A DNA stretch of 63,774 nucleotides, counting the filler. It is 5 parts of 5 records of this genome, joined end to end, with 100 filler letters (N's around TTAATTAATTAA, not from the genome) between each part and the next. Parts side by side here need not be neighbours in the genome. Positions count along the whole stretch, not along the records: positions 1 to 17,250 come from SRR20825006_52; 4 more parts are not named here. One strand, 5' to 3'. How positions within the stretch are numbered: position 1 is the stretch's first letter; each line of letters opens with the position of its first letter. Below are positions 1-10,515 of this stretch, piece after piece. Under the pieces are notes generated by a model. It was given only the letters and a program-made list of their open reading frames with translations. It had not been told where the DNA came from and searched no databases. Both the position numbers and the translations under genes were made by a program.

Positions 1-1
1 G

Positions 2-34
2 GCCTATCAGGAAATCCTGCGGATGCCGGTGTAA
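2..34 (+). CDS. fliE: Flagellar hook-basal body protein FliE, C-terminal fragment
   Basis: Reads AYQEILRMPV*, the conserved FliE C-terminus, directly upstream of fliQ. Confidence 0.8.
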   Translation, partial: AYQEILRMPV

Positions 35-37
35 GTC

Positions 38-304
38 ATGGATGAGATGGTCTTTTATGACACGCTGCGACAGGCGCTTTGGATTGCGGTGATCATTTCA
101 ACGCCAATTCTTGTCGTCGCCTTGGTGGCGGGTCTGGTCGTTGGTCTGTTTCAGGCCCTGACCAGCATTCAGGAAATGACCCTCACCTTTGTGCCAAAAC
201 TGGTCGCCATTCTCGTCGTCTTTTGGATGTCGATGGGCTTCATGACCGAAGCCCTCACCAGTTTTTTCCACGACCGCATCATCCCCTTGATCGGAGGCCT
301 GTAA
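38..304 (+). CDS. fliQ: Flagellar export protein FliQ
   Basis: 88 aa, GLFQALTSIQEMTLTFVPK motif. Confidence 0.95.
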   Translation: MDEMVFYDTLRQALWIAVIISTPILVVALVAGLVVGLFQALTSIQEMTLTFVPKLVAILVVFWMSMGFMTEALTSFFHDRIIPLIGGL

Positions 305-1020
305 TGGATAGCGCAGGATATACATCCCTCACTCGCATGGTTGGTTTGAACCGCGAAATGCAGGCGATTGCGAATAACATCGCCAACGTGTCCACCACCG
401 GGTTTCGCAAAGAGGGGCTTATCTTTTCCGAATATATTTCCGATCTGGAACAGGGAGAAGACAGCCTGTCGATGGCAGAGGGCAATGTGCGTCTGACCAA
501 TGACAGTCAGGGGCCCTTGACCCCCACCGGCGGGGCCTATGATTTTGCCATCGAAGGTGATGGTTTTTTCATGATCGACACCCCCGATGGTCAGGCCCTC
601 ACGCGCGCTGGGGCGTTTACCACCAATGATCAGGGCGAATTGACCACCCATGATGGCTATCGCTTGCTCGACAATGGCGGCGCGGCAATTTTCATTCCGC
701 CGGATGCCGGTACGGTTGCGGTGTCCTCGGACGGTACGCTCTCCGCTGATGGTCTGCCGCTGTCGCAAATCGGCCTCTACATGCCAGAAGACCCCAACAC
801 GCTGACGCGCACAAACGGCGTTCGGTTCATGACCACCGGCGCGATCATTCCGCAAGAAAATGCGGTCATTCTACAGGGTTACGTCGAAAACTCGAACGTC
901 AATGCGATCACAGAGGTCGCCCGGATGATCGAGGTCCAACACGCCTACACCATGGGTCAAAAATTTATGGAGCAAGAGCATGAACGGATCCAATCCGTCA
1001 TCTCGACGCTCGGTCGTTAA
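304..1020 (+). CDS. flgF: Flagellar basal-body rod protein FlgF
   Basis: IANNIANVSTTGF N-terminal and ENSNVNAITEVARMIEVQ C-terminal rod motifs; start taken at ATG 304 overlapping the fliQ stop. Confidence 0.9.
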   Translation: MDSAGYTSLTRMVGLNREMQAIANNIANVSTTGFRKEGLIFSEYISDLEQGEDSLSMAEGNVRLTNDSQGPLTPTGGAYDFAIEGDGFFMIDTPDGQALTRAGAFTTNDQGELTTHDGYRLLDNGGAAIFIPPDAGTVAVSSDGTLSADGLPLSQIGLYMPEDPNTLTRTNGVRFMTTGAIIPQENAVILQGYVENSNVNAITEVARMIEVQHAYTMGQKFMEQEHERIQSVISTLGR

Positions 1021-1034
1021 GGAAGGAGCCAGAC

Positions 1035-1820
1035 ATGCGTGCTCTCAAAATTGCAGCCACGGGGATGAGCGCCCAGCAGATGCGGGTGGAAACCATTTCG
1101 CAGAACCTCGCGAACATGAACACCACGGGTTACAACGCCCGGCGTGCCGAATTCGCCGATCTGCATTACCAACAAATGGCCCGCCCCGGCACAATCAACT
1201 CCGCCGATGGCACAATCCTGCCCACCGGGGTCCAACTTGGCCTTGGTGTGCGGCCTTCTTCGGTGACGGTGCAATTGGCCCAGGGGTCGTTGTCGCAGAC
1301 CGGCGGCGATCTTGATCTGGCCATCGAAGGGCAAGGCTATATCGAAGTCACCCTGCCCTCTGGCCAATCCGCCTATACCCGTGACGGCGCGCTCAAACGC
1401 TCCGCCGACGGTTTGATCGTCAACTCAGACGGCTATGAGGTGGTGCCGGGCATCACCATCCCCGATGATGCGCGTTCCATTTCGATCAACGCCGAGGGTG
1501 AGGTTTATGCCTATTTCAACGACGTGATTGATCCGCAACTGCTGGGGCAATTCTCCCTTGCGGGATTTACCAATGCCAAAGGGCTTGAGGCCATCGGCTC
1601 CAACCTCTTTCTCGAAACAACCGCCTCAGGCCCGGCTTTTGTCGCATCGCCGGGTGTGAACGGGCTTGGCACTTTGCGCCAAGGCTATCTTGAGGACAGT
1701 TCCGTCGATGCGGTGCGCGAAGTCACCGAACTGATCGAAGCCCAGCGCGGCTACGAATTGAACGCCAAGGTCATCACCGCCGCCGACCAAATGCTCTCTG
1801 CGACGACGCAAATCCGATGA
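1035..1820 (+). CDS. flgG: Flagellar basal-body rod protein FlgG
   Basis: 261 aa, NLANMNTTGY, PTGVQLGLGV, ELIEAQRGYELNAKVI. Confidence 0.95.
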   Translation: MRALKIAATGMSAQQMRVETISQNLANMNTTGYNARRAEFADLHYQQMARPGTINSADGTILPTGVQLGLGVRPSSVTVQLAQGSLSQTGGDLDLAIEGQGYIEVTLPSGQSAYTRDGALKRSADGLIVNSDGYEVVPGITIPDDARSISINAEGEVYAYFNDVIDPQLLGQFSLAGFTNAKGLEAIGSNLFLETTASGPAFVASPGVNGLGTLRQGYLEDSSVDAVREVTELIEAQRGYELNAKVITAADQMLSATTQIR

Positions 1821-2254
1821 TCACACGCCTCCTCATACCCCTCATCTTGTCAATTTTGACAACGCCAAGCGCCGCCGACACCGTGGTTGCCGCCCGCACC
1901 ATCCGAGCGCAAACGTTACTGTTGCCAGACGATCTGACCGTGATCAAAGGCGATGTCCCCGGCGCCATTACCGCGATCGAAGATGCCGTAGGTCTTGAAG
2001 CGCATGTGATGCTCTATACGGGGCGCCCGATTTCCGCCTCTGACATCGGCCCTGCGGCGATCATCGAGCGCAATCAAATTGTTTCACTCGTCTATAGCCG
2101 TGGCGGTCTCTCTATCTATGCGGATGCACGCGCCCTTGGTCGTGCTGGCCCCGGCGACATGCTCCGCGTCATGAACCTTTCCTCTAAAACCACTGTCTCA
2201 GGCGTCGTTGCGCCAGATGGCACCGTCCGTGTCGGCGGTCCCATCTCTCAATAA
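1817..2254 (+). CDS. flgA: Flagellar P-ring assembly chaperone FlgA
   Basis: Signal peptide, SAF-like VVAARTI, C-terminal GDMLRVMNLSS; lies between flgG and flgH. Confidence 0.9.
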   Translation: MITRLLIPLILSILTTPSAADTVVAARTIRAQTLLLPDDLTVIKGDVPGAITAIEDAVGLEAHVMLYTGRPISASDIGPAAIIERNQIVSLVYSRGGLSIYADARALGRAGPGDMLRVMNLSSKTTVSGVVAPDGTVRVGGPISQ

Positions 2255-2267
2255 TCAGGATTTTCCC

Positions 2268-2993
2268 ATGCGTATGTCCCTTATCCTTCCCACAGTTTTG
2301 ACCCTCACCGCCTGCAGCAACCTCGGAGAGGTCGGGCGTCTTCCCTCGTTTTCCCCCGTTGAAACCTCCGCCGAAACGTCCGCGATGCTCAATCCGCCCC
2401 TACCGGAAAAAGTCGAGATCCGCAGCCCGTCGGATGCCGCATCGCTTTGGAATGCGTCCCGTGGCTCACTTTTAGGAGATCGGCGCGCGATTGAACGCGG
2501 CGACATTATGACCGTCGTAGTCGAGATCGACGACAGTGCCGAAATGTCGAACACCAGCAATCGGGGTCGTTCCGGCTCTGAATCCATGGGGGTTCCTTCT
2601 CTTTTTGGCATCCCCGAACGCATCAATTCACAGTTGCCCGATGGCGCGGCAATGGGGTCCGCCGTCTCAACCAATTCTACCTCCGCCTCTTCGGGCAATG
2701 GCAGCGTCAAGCGCAATGAGAAGCTCAAACTTCTTGTTGCAGCGACGATTGTCGATGTGTTGCCCAATGGCGTTTTACACATCAAAGGTTCGCAAGAAGT
2801 GCGTGTGAATTTTGAAATTCGTGAGCTTTTGGTCGAAGGCTATGTGCGTCCCGAAGACATCACGCGCCAAAACGAGATCACCTATGACAAAATCGCCTCT
2901 GCCCGCATTTCTTATGGCGGCCGGGGTCAAATCTCTCAGGTGCAACAGCCTCGCTACGGGCAACAAATCGCGGACATCGTTTTGCCGTTCTAA
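2268..2993 (+). CDS. flgH: Flagellar L-ring lipoprotein FlgH
   Basis: Lipobox LTAC, DRRAIERGDIMTV, VLPNGVLHIKG, KIASARISYGGRG. Confidence 0.95.
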   Translation: MRMSLILPTVLTLTACSNLGEVGRLPSFSPVETSAETSAMLNPPLPEKVEIRSPSDAASLWNASRGSLLGDRRAIERGDIMTVVVEIDDSAEMSNTSNRGRSGSESMGVPSLFGIPERINSQLPDGAAMGSAVSTNSTSASSGNGSVKRNEKLKLLVAATIVDVLPNGVLHIKGSQEVRVNFEIRELLVEGYVRPEDITRQNEITYDKIASARISYGGRGQISQVQQPRYGQQIADIVLPF

Positions 2994-3004
2994 AGGAGAG
3001 TCCC

Positions 3005-3514
3005 GTGATCAAAAAACTACTCCCGATTCTCTTGGCGCTCGTCGGACTTGGCGCGGGTGTTGGCGGCGGGCTGATGCTACGCCCGGACCCGGAAATTGTT
3101 GCCATTGATCCTTGTGGCGACACTGAGGGCGCCACACTCCATGACGCAGAGCACGGTGGCGACGACGAGGTGCCCCCTGAAAACACTGCATTTGAGTATG
3201 TGAAACTGAACAACCAATTCGTGATCCCCGACCTCGACGGGGGGCGGGTGACTGCGATGGTTGTGCTCTCTCTGAGCCTTGAGGCCACGACGGGCAGTCG
3301 CGAAGCGATCTACGCCCGCGAACCCAAGTTGCGTGATGCGTTCCTTCAGGTGCTGTTTGATCATGCCAACACAGGTGGATTTAAAGGCGCGTTTACCGAC
3401 AGCAGCACGATGAACGCTCTGCGGCGTGCCTTGGTGGAGGTGGCTCAAAAAACCATTGGATCACAGATCAACGATGTTTTGGTGATCGACATTGTACGCC
3501 AAGACATTGGCTAA
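3005..3514 (+). CDS. fliL: FliL-family flagellar basal body-associated protein
   Basis: N-terminal TM helix, REPKLRDAFLQVL FliL-like motif. Confidence 0.8.
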   Translation: MIKKLLPILLALVGLGAGVGGGLMLRPDPEIVAIDPCGDTEGATLHDAEHGGDDEVPPENTAFEYVKLNNQFVIPDLDGGRVTAMVVLSLSLEATTGSREAIYAREPKLRDAFLQVLFDHANTGGFKGAFTDSSTMNALRRALVEVAQKTIGSQINDVLVIDIVRQDIG

Positions 3515-3529
3515 ACACGCAGGTTGGCG

Positions 3530-3901
3530 TCACGTCTTTCCAGCGTGACGCTCGGTGAGCCGGTCCAAAGCATCCTTTTTACCGAAAGCTTTCCGTGTTT
3601 TTCCAAGCTGAGTCTCACGCCGTTCGGCAATTTGCGCCAAGTCCCTCAAGGCTTGGCGCTTTTCCTTTTCAGCCCACCGATACCAGGCAGAATCGGCCCC
3701 CATCAGGCTCGCCATGTCAAACCCCTCAGACGTTCCAACATGGTGAACACGCTGCGCACGGGCCGCTTCGATCTCTCGCAACTTCGCCTTCGGCCCCTCT
3801 TCTTCGCGCTTGATCGCGGCAAGTTTGGCCAGCTCTGCAGTCAAGGACAACTCTGCAATATCTTTGAGGCTTTTTAGTTTTTTAAGGTCTTTGGACATCA
3901 T
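3530..3901 (-). CDS. Coiled-coil hypothetical protein, possibly FliJ-like export chaperone
   Basis: 123 aa charged helical protein translationally coupled to flhB. Confidence 0.55.
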   Translation of the reverse strand: MMSKDLKKLKSLKDIAELSLTAELAKLAAIKREEEGPKAKLREIEAARAQRVHHVGTSEGFDMASLMGADSAWYRWAEKEKRQALRDLAQIAERRETQLGKTRKAFGKKDALDRLTERHAGKT

Positions 3902-4995
3902 TTACCGCCAAATTGGGTTTTCATCTTTTTGCGCATCGCCTCGGCAAAGCGGATTGAGGCCGCAACCGCACGATAATGTTCGGGCAGAATCTGGTCGCCA
4001 ATTTCCACCGTCGCATACAAGGCGCGCGCCGTTGGCGGATCGCTGTGAATCGGAATCGCGTTCTCATTAGCCACTTCGCGAATGCGCGCAGCAATGTCAT
4101 CCACACCCTTAGCCACGCAAACAGGCGCACCACCTGCCAGACGATCCCATTTCAATGCCACCGCATAGTGAGTCGGGTTCACAACGATCACATCCGCTTT
4201 GGGCACATCCGCGAGCATTTGGTTCATCACGATGTCATAGCCTTTTTGGCGCCGCTTCTGTTTGAAATGCGGATCGCCCTCTTGATCCTTTGATTCATCC
4301 GTCATTTCTTTGCGCGACATGCGGTGTTTGCGAATATGTTCGGTGTATTGAAACAGAAAATCCACGCCGCCGATCAAAGCAGAAATCACCAAAACAATGG
4401 TCATGAACCCAATCACCAGCTTGACCAATGTGGTCGTCACCATGCCGGGGCTCAGTGAAACCGTCGCCAAGATTTCTGGAAGTTTTGAATAGAGATAAAA
4501 CCCAAGCACGATCGAGTAGATCAGCAATTTGAAAAAGCTTTTGGCAAACTCAAACAGACCAGAGCGTCCAAATTTGTTTTTGGCATTCGAAATGGGTGAG
4601 ATTTTTGAGAGCTTTGGCTCAAGCTTGCTGGGTGCAAAAATCATCGCCCTGGTGGCAAAAACTGTTGTCAGAGCCAAAACCGCCGGAATGGCAAACCATG
4701 GTAGCATGTTTCCTCCGATAGAGGTCATCAGGCCCAGCGTCCAGGGGCGCCCCGACCCGTCAAACCACGCCTGTGCATTCAGATCGGCATTTGCCAGTAG
4801 CGATTGTAACGTGGTGCCCATGCCTTGAAGACTGCCCGCGCCAAGCCCCATCGCGGCAATAATAAATCCGAAATAGGCGGCGGCCGTGGTCAGGTCGTTT
4901 GAGCGGGGAACCTCACCCTTTTTGCGCGCATCATTGAGCCGCTTTTGTGACGGTTCATATTGTTTATCGCTGTCATCATCGCCCTCTGCCATCAT
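3898..4995 (-). CDS. flhB: Flagellar export switch protein FlhB
   Basis: NPTH autocleavage motif, EGDPHFK, four TM segments. Confidence 0.96.
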   Translation of the reverse strand: MMAEGDDDSDKQYEPSQKRLNDARKKGEVPRSNDLTTAAAYFGFIIAAMGLGAGSLQGMGTTLQSLLANADLNAQAWFDGSGRPWTLGLMTSIGGNMLPWFAIPAVLALTTVFATRAMIFAPSKLEPKLSKISPISNAKNKFGRSGLFEFAKSFFKLLIYSIVLGFYLYSKLPEILATVSLSPGMVTTTLVKLVIGFMTIVLVISALIGGVDFLFQYTEHIRKHRMSRKEMTDESKDQEGDPHFKQKRRQKGYDIVMNQMLADVPKADVIVVNPTHYAVALKWDRLAGGAPVCVAKGVDDIAARIREVANENAIPIHSDPPTARALYATVEIGDQILPEHYRAVAASIRFAEAMRKKMKTQFGGK

Positions 4996-5768
4996 GGCCC
5001 TCCGAACGGATCAATGAGCAGTTGCGCAAAACCTGAGCGCCACGTTTCAAGTAGGATCGGTGCCGTGGCGAACAGCAACAAAAGACCGCCAAGTGTGATC
5101 GCTGGCGCACCGACAAAAGCGACCATCAATTGCGGCATCGCGCGGTTAATCACGCCCAGCGCGACGTTATAGATCAGCGATCCAACGACAAACGGGGCGG
5201 CGAGCGTGAAAGAGATCGAGAAGGCTTTCGAGACATGCCCCACCCCCCAGACCATCACATCCTGAGGCGCGACGAAAAGGCCGGGGGGGAAATAGTCGTA
5301 GGACAGGATCAACACTTCGGCCACGCGCACATGCAGGCCAAGCATCACCGCCAGCGCCAGTCCAGACACTGACAGCAGATGCCCGATGGCGGGCTGGGCC
5401 TCGACGGAACCGCCTCCGAAAATCTGCGACAAGGATGTAGATTGCGCCACCATCGTTCCTGCGATCTGAAGCGCCATCACAAATATCCTGAGCGCCAAAC
5501 CAAGCAAAAGCCCTGAAATCACTTCGGTCATGACACCTTTTGCCAGGCCCGATGGCATCAACGCCAAGGTTTGAAGTTGTGGCGCAACGGCCGGGAAAAC
5601 GATCACCGTAAAACAAATGGCCAGAACCAGACGCACACGCTCCGGGATGGAGCGTTCGCCAAAGGCGGGAAGAACGGCCATGACCGCACCAACGCGTAGA
5701 AACACCAGAAATGCAACGGCGAACCCTGCCTGGCTCAATCCAATCAGATCGCCAAGCTCTACCGTCAT
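4992..5768 (-). CDS. fliR: Flagellar export protein FliR
   Basis: Hydrophobic 258 aa, LPAFGERSIP, INRAMPQLMVAFVGAP. Confidence 0.95.
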   Translation of the reverse strand: MTVELGDLIGLSQAGFAVAFLVFLRVGAVMAVLPAFGERSIPERVRLVLAICFTVIVFPAVAPQLQTLALMPSGLAKGVMTEVISGLLLGLALRIFVMALQIAGTMVAQSTSLSQIFGGGSVEAQPAIGHLLSVSGLALAVMLGLHVRVAEVLILSYDYFPPGLFVAPQDVMVWGVGHVSKAFSISFTLAAPFVVGSLIYNVALGVINRAMPQLMVAFVGAPAITLGGLLLLFATAPILLETWRSGFAQLLIDPFGGP

Positions 5769-7855
5769 GCGGGCACCAATCCGACGAGGGAGGGCTTGGC
5801 ATCCGTTCCGATTTCCTCAAACGAATAAACCGGGTTGTGGATGCCTTGCGCAGACAAAACTGTGCGCAGGAACCGCCGACGGCGCGTCGAAGTCACGATA
5901 CCCGGATAAATTCCCGTTTCACCAGCTTTGGCGATTTTATCCGCCATGGTTTTGGCAAGTTTGTTAAACTCTGCTGGTGGCAATGCAACATCGGTACTCC
6001 CGCGCTCTCCCTCGATTTGGTAGGTCGTGAACCGATCTTCCCATTCTGGCGCGAGCTGCAAAAGTGGCAGGGTCCCATCTTCGCGCTTGATCTCAGAAAT
6101 CAGTTGAAATCCAAGGCGTTGACGAACGTGCTCACAGATAGATTCCGCAGTGGAATGGGCACCGCGAGCTTCGGAAACCGACTCGAGAATCAGCGCCATG
6201 TTTCGAATGGACACCCGCTCCTCAAGCAACAGCCGAAGCACGGAGAGCAACAAATCCATCGGAACCCGCTCTGGGATCATGTCATTGAGCAGCTTTTGGT
6301 TGGCCTCAGCCCGCCTTGTGTCTGACAGGTTACTCATTTCATCCAGCAATCTGCGCAGAGATTTCATCGTCAAGAGACGTGGGAAATTGCGCTTGATCAC
6401 TTCGAGGAGATGCGTGGCCAAGACTTCGGTCGCACTCACAACCGTGCATCCCATCAATGCGGCGTCTTCTTTTTTGGACGGATCAATCCAACGCGCAGGC
6501 GCACCATATACCGGCTCAGACACGTCTTCACCAAGAGGCAATCCATTTGCGTCACCGTAGACAAGGGCCAAAGCCTGATCTTTGCGCAAGCGGTCACGGG
6601 CCTGTTCCACCCCCTGGATTCGAACAACATATGTGCCCGCTGGCAGGGTCGGATCATCGGTCAAACGAATTTCAGGCAGAATGAGACCAAACACGGTAGC
6701 AACATGATTGCGCATGTTCACGATACGGGCATCAAGTCCTGTCTGTTGATCAAGAACCATCGCGACAAGATCTGGGGCAAACTCAACATGGATGTCATCA
6801 AGATCCAGAATATCGCCCATGGACTCTGGCTTTTCTGCCTCTGCGCTTGCCTTGACCTCCTGTTTCGTCTGCTCTTTTGCCTCTTTGTCATTCTTGCGCG
6901 CCATATAATAAGCGCTTCCAGCCAAGATCGCAGCCCCGCCGATGAAAGGCACAAAAGGCAGGCCAGGAACAAACGCAAAGAGAGTCATCAACACTGCAAC
7001 GGTATAGAGCGCGGGCGGATATTTACCCAGTTGACGGAAGAGCGCAAGATCGGCAGCGCCGCTTGTCCCTCCCTTTGCGAGAAGAAGTGCGGCGGCAATA
7101 GAAATGATAACCGAAGGGATCTGACTGACCAACCCATCTCCAATTGTCAAAATCGCATAGGTTTCAAAGGCTTTCCCAATCGGCATACCATGCACGACCA
7201 CGCCAATGACCAATCCCATAATGATATTCATAAGGGTGATCAAAAGGCCCGCAACCGCATCGCCCTTCACAAATTTCGAAGCCCCATCCAATGAACCAAA
7301 AAAGGTGGTTTCAGCCAGTTCCAACTCGCGGCGGAGTTTGGCTTGTTCATGGGTGATCGCGCCGGCGGAAAGATCGGCATCAATGGCAAGTTGACGTCCG
7401 GGCATGCCGTCCAGTGCAAACCGAGCGCCCACCTCCGCCATCCGGCCAGCACCTTTGGTGATCACCATAAAGTTCACAATCAACAAGACCGTAAAGACAA
7501 CCAAGCCAAGCAAGACCGAACCGCTCATCACAAAGCTTGCAAACCCTTCGATGACATTTCCGGCAGCATTTGTACCGGTATGGCCCTGGCCAATGATGAG
7601 CTTTGTGGAGGACACATTGAGTGACAAGCGCAACATCAGACTCGCCAAAAGAACAGTGGGAAAAGCCGAAAAATCCAGCGGTCGTTCAATAAAAAGCGTG
7701 ACGGTAAAAATCAGGATGGCCAGCGCGAAGCTTGTGGCGAGCCCAAGGTCGAGAATCCATGACGGCACTGGCAAGACCATCATGACGATGACCACCATGA
7801 GCGCCAGCGCCAATAAAATTGTGGGTTTAAATATTTCTTTGAGGTTAAAGGTCAT
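5765..7855 (-). CDS. flhA: Flagellar export gate protein FlhA
   Basis: RMAEVGARFALDGMPGRQLAIDADL and FFGSLDGASKFVKGDA FHIPEP motifs. Confidence 0.97.
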   Translation of the reverse strand: MTFNLKEIFKPTILLALALMVVIVMMVLPVPSWILDLGLATSFALAILIFTVTLFIERPLDFSAFPTVLLASLMLRLSLNVSSTKLIIGQGHTGTNAAGNVIEGFASFVMSGSVLLGLVVFTVLLIVNFMVITKGAGRMAEVGARFALDGMPGRQLAIDADLSAGAITHEQAKLRRELELAETTFFGSLDGASKFVKGDAVAGLLITLMNIIMGLVIGVVVHGMPIGKAFETYAILTIGDGLVSQIPSVIISIAAALLLAKGGTSGAADLALFRQLGKYPPALYTVAVLMTLFAFVPGLPFVPFIGGAAILAGSAYYMARKNDKEAKEQTKQEVKASAEAEKPESMGDILDLDDIHVEFAPDLVAMVLDQQTGLDARIVNMRNHVATVFGLILPEIRLTDDPTLPAGTYVVRIQGVEQARDRLRKDQALALVYGDANGLPLGEDVSEPVYGAPARWIDPSKKEDAALMGCTVVSATEVLATHLLEVIKRNFPRLLTMKSLRRLLDEMSNLSDTRRAEANQKLLNDMIPERVPMDLLLSVLRLLLEERVSIRNMALILESVSEARGAHSTAESICEHVRQRLGFQLISEIKREDGTLPLLQLAPEWEDRFTTYQIEGERGSTDVALPPAEFNKLAKTMADKIAKAGETGIYPGIVTSTRRRRFLRTVLSAQGIHNPVYSFEEIGTDAKPSLVGLVPA

Positions 7856-8091
7856 CGCGCTGCCTCAAAAAAGTAAAATCCAGTCGAAGAAATTGGGTTG
7901 CACGATTTGGGAGGTGTGGTTTGAAGCGTCGTGATTGAGCGCTGTCTGCGACACTCTGGTCTGAAAGAAAATCAGGCGCTTTGGAAATAAACCATACTCT
8001 CATTGTCTGCTGCAATTCTTGCTACTGTTTCGACGAGACTATGGTGAACGTGGTTTACAAAGAGTGTACGCGAGCCAAACGTTTCATGTTT

Positions 8092-10515
8092 TCAGTCAAG
8101 AACAGCCTCAAGAACACTGCGCTTGTTGCGACTTAAAGAAAGGATGTCTTGGACAGACGAAAGGCTCGGCGCTCCTGTAGCGTTGCTCTCAGAAATTTGC
8201 GGCGTTGCCAGCACGGATGCTGCGAACTGAGCCATTGCAGGTTTTTGAGAACCTTCGAGGCTATTCCAGTCTTCTGCCACAATTGCAAATGTGTCCTTAT
8301 CAGAACTATCGCCAAATCCTTCAAGTGTTTGAAGCGCCTTTTCGGGCGCATTCATATAAAAATATGCCTTTGCCGCGACATGCCGCGCCTCTTCCCCCGA
8401 AAGTTGGGTGGCATATCGAAGAGCCGCGTCGAACTCTCCAACACCTAAAAAAGCCTTGGCCAATATCAGCTTTGCCTCGTCTTCACTCTCACCCGAGTAG
8501 AGAGTCATCATCTCCAACGTAGAATCGAAAAAGCCCATACCTACGAGACGTTGTGCTGTTTTGAGACGTGCCGAATCTGTGAGAGCCGCACTGGAAATTT
8601 TTGGGAGATTTCCGATCACGACCTTGGAAAAAACCATGTCATTTTTGCTTGAGGTCACTTGTTCCAAAGCCGCGGACATCAAGCTGTCAATAGCCTCCTT
8701 GTCAGTGTCGGTCTCCCTGTCTCTATCAAGGGCGCGCCGAAGCGCAATGTCCGCGTCACCAGAATGAATGCGCGCCAGGATTGCCGCGTTTTGGAGTGCA
8801 AGGCCTTCCGCGCTGCCACGATACTCTACGGCCATGGCTTCGGCATTCTCCGCAAACTTTCGGTCAATGGTTTCACCAGATATCGCCTTAGTTTCAATCA
8901 AGCGCACCAAAGCGTCAGCCGCCATGGGGCCGTCTTGACCGACAATATCTTCAAATGTTGAAATGGCCTTTGCGGTCCCGCCATTTGCGAGTTGTAATTC
9001 AGCGTCGAGCAGGTCGAATGCATCGCCATGTTCACCTTCGGCGCGAGCAATCGCATTTTGAATGTATTTCGCGCTCGTCTCATCGTTGATCTCAAGAAAT
9101 CGCTCTGAGAGAACAGGTCCGAGGTGGCGACGAATATGCAGTGGCAGGGCGGAAAACGTCGCCAAAATACTGTCTTTGTTGTAATCGTCCCAAGCATTCA
9201 GGTGCTCTTTGGACATAACAGCCCAAAAGGCTACTTCCCCATCACATCGAAATTGTTGGTCCAGACGCCCTGCGTTGGATGCGTATCCATGATCCATAAT
9301 GTCAGCGATAGCCCAAAGCACATCGTGCCCTTCAACCGTCACTCCAAAATTGGTTAAAACCGACTTCGCCTCAACACCAAATGTGAGGAAAAGATAATAT
9401 CTCGCCAGACGTTTGACCCCTTCGGGATCAGGATTGTCGAATTCTCCAATCGCGCCCGCACGAAACATTGAAAGTTGTAGCCCTTGATCCAATGGATCGC
9501 CCCAATCCTCAATGGCCACCAGAGTATTCTCAAGACAGATGTTGTCGTATTCATTGCGACGCTCAGACTCGGCAGACCGCAATTGCTCACGATCAATTGA
9601 AGACTGAATGCGAACGTGGCTACGATCAGCTTTTGGGAACTCGACTTCGGCCTCCGGGGTCGTTTTCTGAGTCTTGTCCTCTTCATTCAGTGTATGGGAT
9701 TGGGCCTCTTCGACAATGGTTTCAGTCGGGGTAACATCCGCATCCAGCAATCCTTGAGACACGGCCCGCCCGACCTGTTCAAGCAACTGCAACTGAAGTT
9801 CGTCCACGCGTTGATTGCGCTTTTCCGCGTCCCTTTCGTAATCTCCCATGGTTGATAATGGTGGTGGCTCAAAATGATTGTCACCGGCTTGATCGTTGCC
9901 AAACACAATCGGGAACTCCAAACCGTCTTGGCCAATTTCCTGACCCACCGTATCCTCTTGCACACCCCCAAGATCATCGCGGCCATCGCCAGAAATCAGC
10001 ATAGACTCAGCGACATTAACCTCCGCCACACTGGGCATAAGTGTTTGCAATGTCTCATCGGTTTCGGCCCCAGGAGGAGAAGGAAAAGCACTGTCATTCT
10101 CCATGACTTGATTTGTCTCAACGGCTGGAATAGGTCGCTCAAATTTTGACTCGGAACTCGGCGCACCATCTTTAATGTCGATGACAATACGCCCTTCCCG
10201 AAGTTCAAAAGCATCGGCATGTACAGCACCCGAAACCCGAATGACAAAGCTGGATGGCTCAGTTGAAATGGCTGTTATTCTGGTTCTGGGAATCTTGTCG
10301 AAAACAGCTTTCGCATCGAATTCGATGCCTTGCGCAGAGACGCGAAACTCATAATCGTCGCCCTTTCGTCCAAATTCCCAATCCGCAACAGTCGGAAACT
10401 GCAGAACAATGCGCGAAAAATCGGCGTGCTCTCCAGACAGGAGAACAACCGACTCCGCCCGCAATGTCAGCGGGAAAAAGAAAATCGCAAGAATGACGGT
10501 AAAAACGCGGATCAT
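8092..10515 (-). CDS. Large exported hypothetical protein of the flagellar cluster (helical/TPR-like C-terminal half)
   Basis: Likely ATG at 10515 overlaps the motA stop (ATGA); signal peptide MIRVFTVILAIFFFPLTLRA; SGEHADFSRIVL N-terminal motif. Confidence 0.7.
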   Translation of the reverse strand: MIRVFTVILAIFFFPLTLRAESVVLLSGEHADFSRIVLQFPTVADWEFGRKGDDYEFRVSAQGIEFDAKAVFDKIPRTRITAISTEPSSFVIRVSGAVHADAFELREGRIVIDIKDGAPSSESKFERPIPAVETNQVMENDSAFPSPPGAETDETLQTLMPSVAEVNVAESMLISGDGRDDLGGVQEDTVGQEIGQDGLEFPIVFGNDQAGDNHFEPPPLSTMGDYERDAEKRNQRVDELQLQLLEQVGRAVSQGLLDADVTPTETIVEEAQSHTLNEEDKTQKTTPEAEVEFPKADRSHVRIQSSIDREQLRSAESERRNEYDNICLENTLVAIEDWGDPLDQGLQLSMFRAGAIGEFDNPDPEGVKRLARYYLFLTFGVEAKSVLTNFGVTVEGHDVLWAIADIMDHGYASNAGRLDQQFRCDGEVAFWAVMSKEHLNAWDDYNKDSILATFSALPLHIRRHLGPVLSERFLEINDETSAKYIQNAIARAEGEHGDAFDLLDAELQLANGGTAKAISTFEDIVGQDGPMAADALVRLIETKAISGETIDRKFAENAEAMAVEYRGSAEGLALQNAAILARIHSGDADIALRRALDRDRETDTDKEAIDSLMSAALEQVTSSKNDMVFSKVVIGNLPKISSAALTDSARLKTAQRLVGMGFFDSTLEMMTLYSGESEDEAKLILAKAFLGVGEFDAALRYATQLSGEEARHVAAKAYFYMNAPEKALQTLEGFGDSSDKDTFAIVAEDWNSLEGSQKPAMAQFAASVLATPQISESNATGAPSLSSVQDILSLSRNKRSVLEAVLD

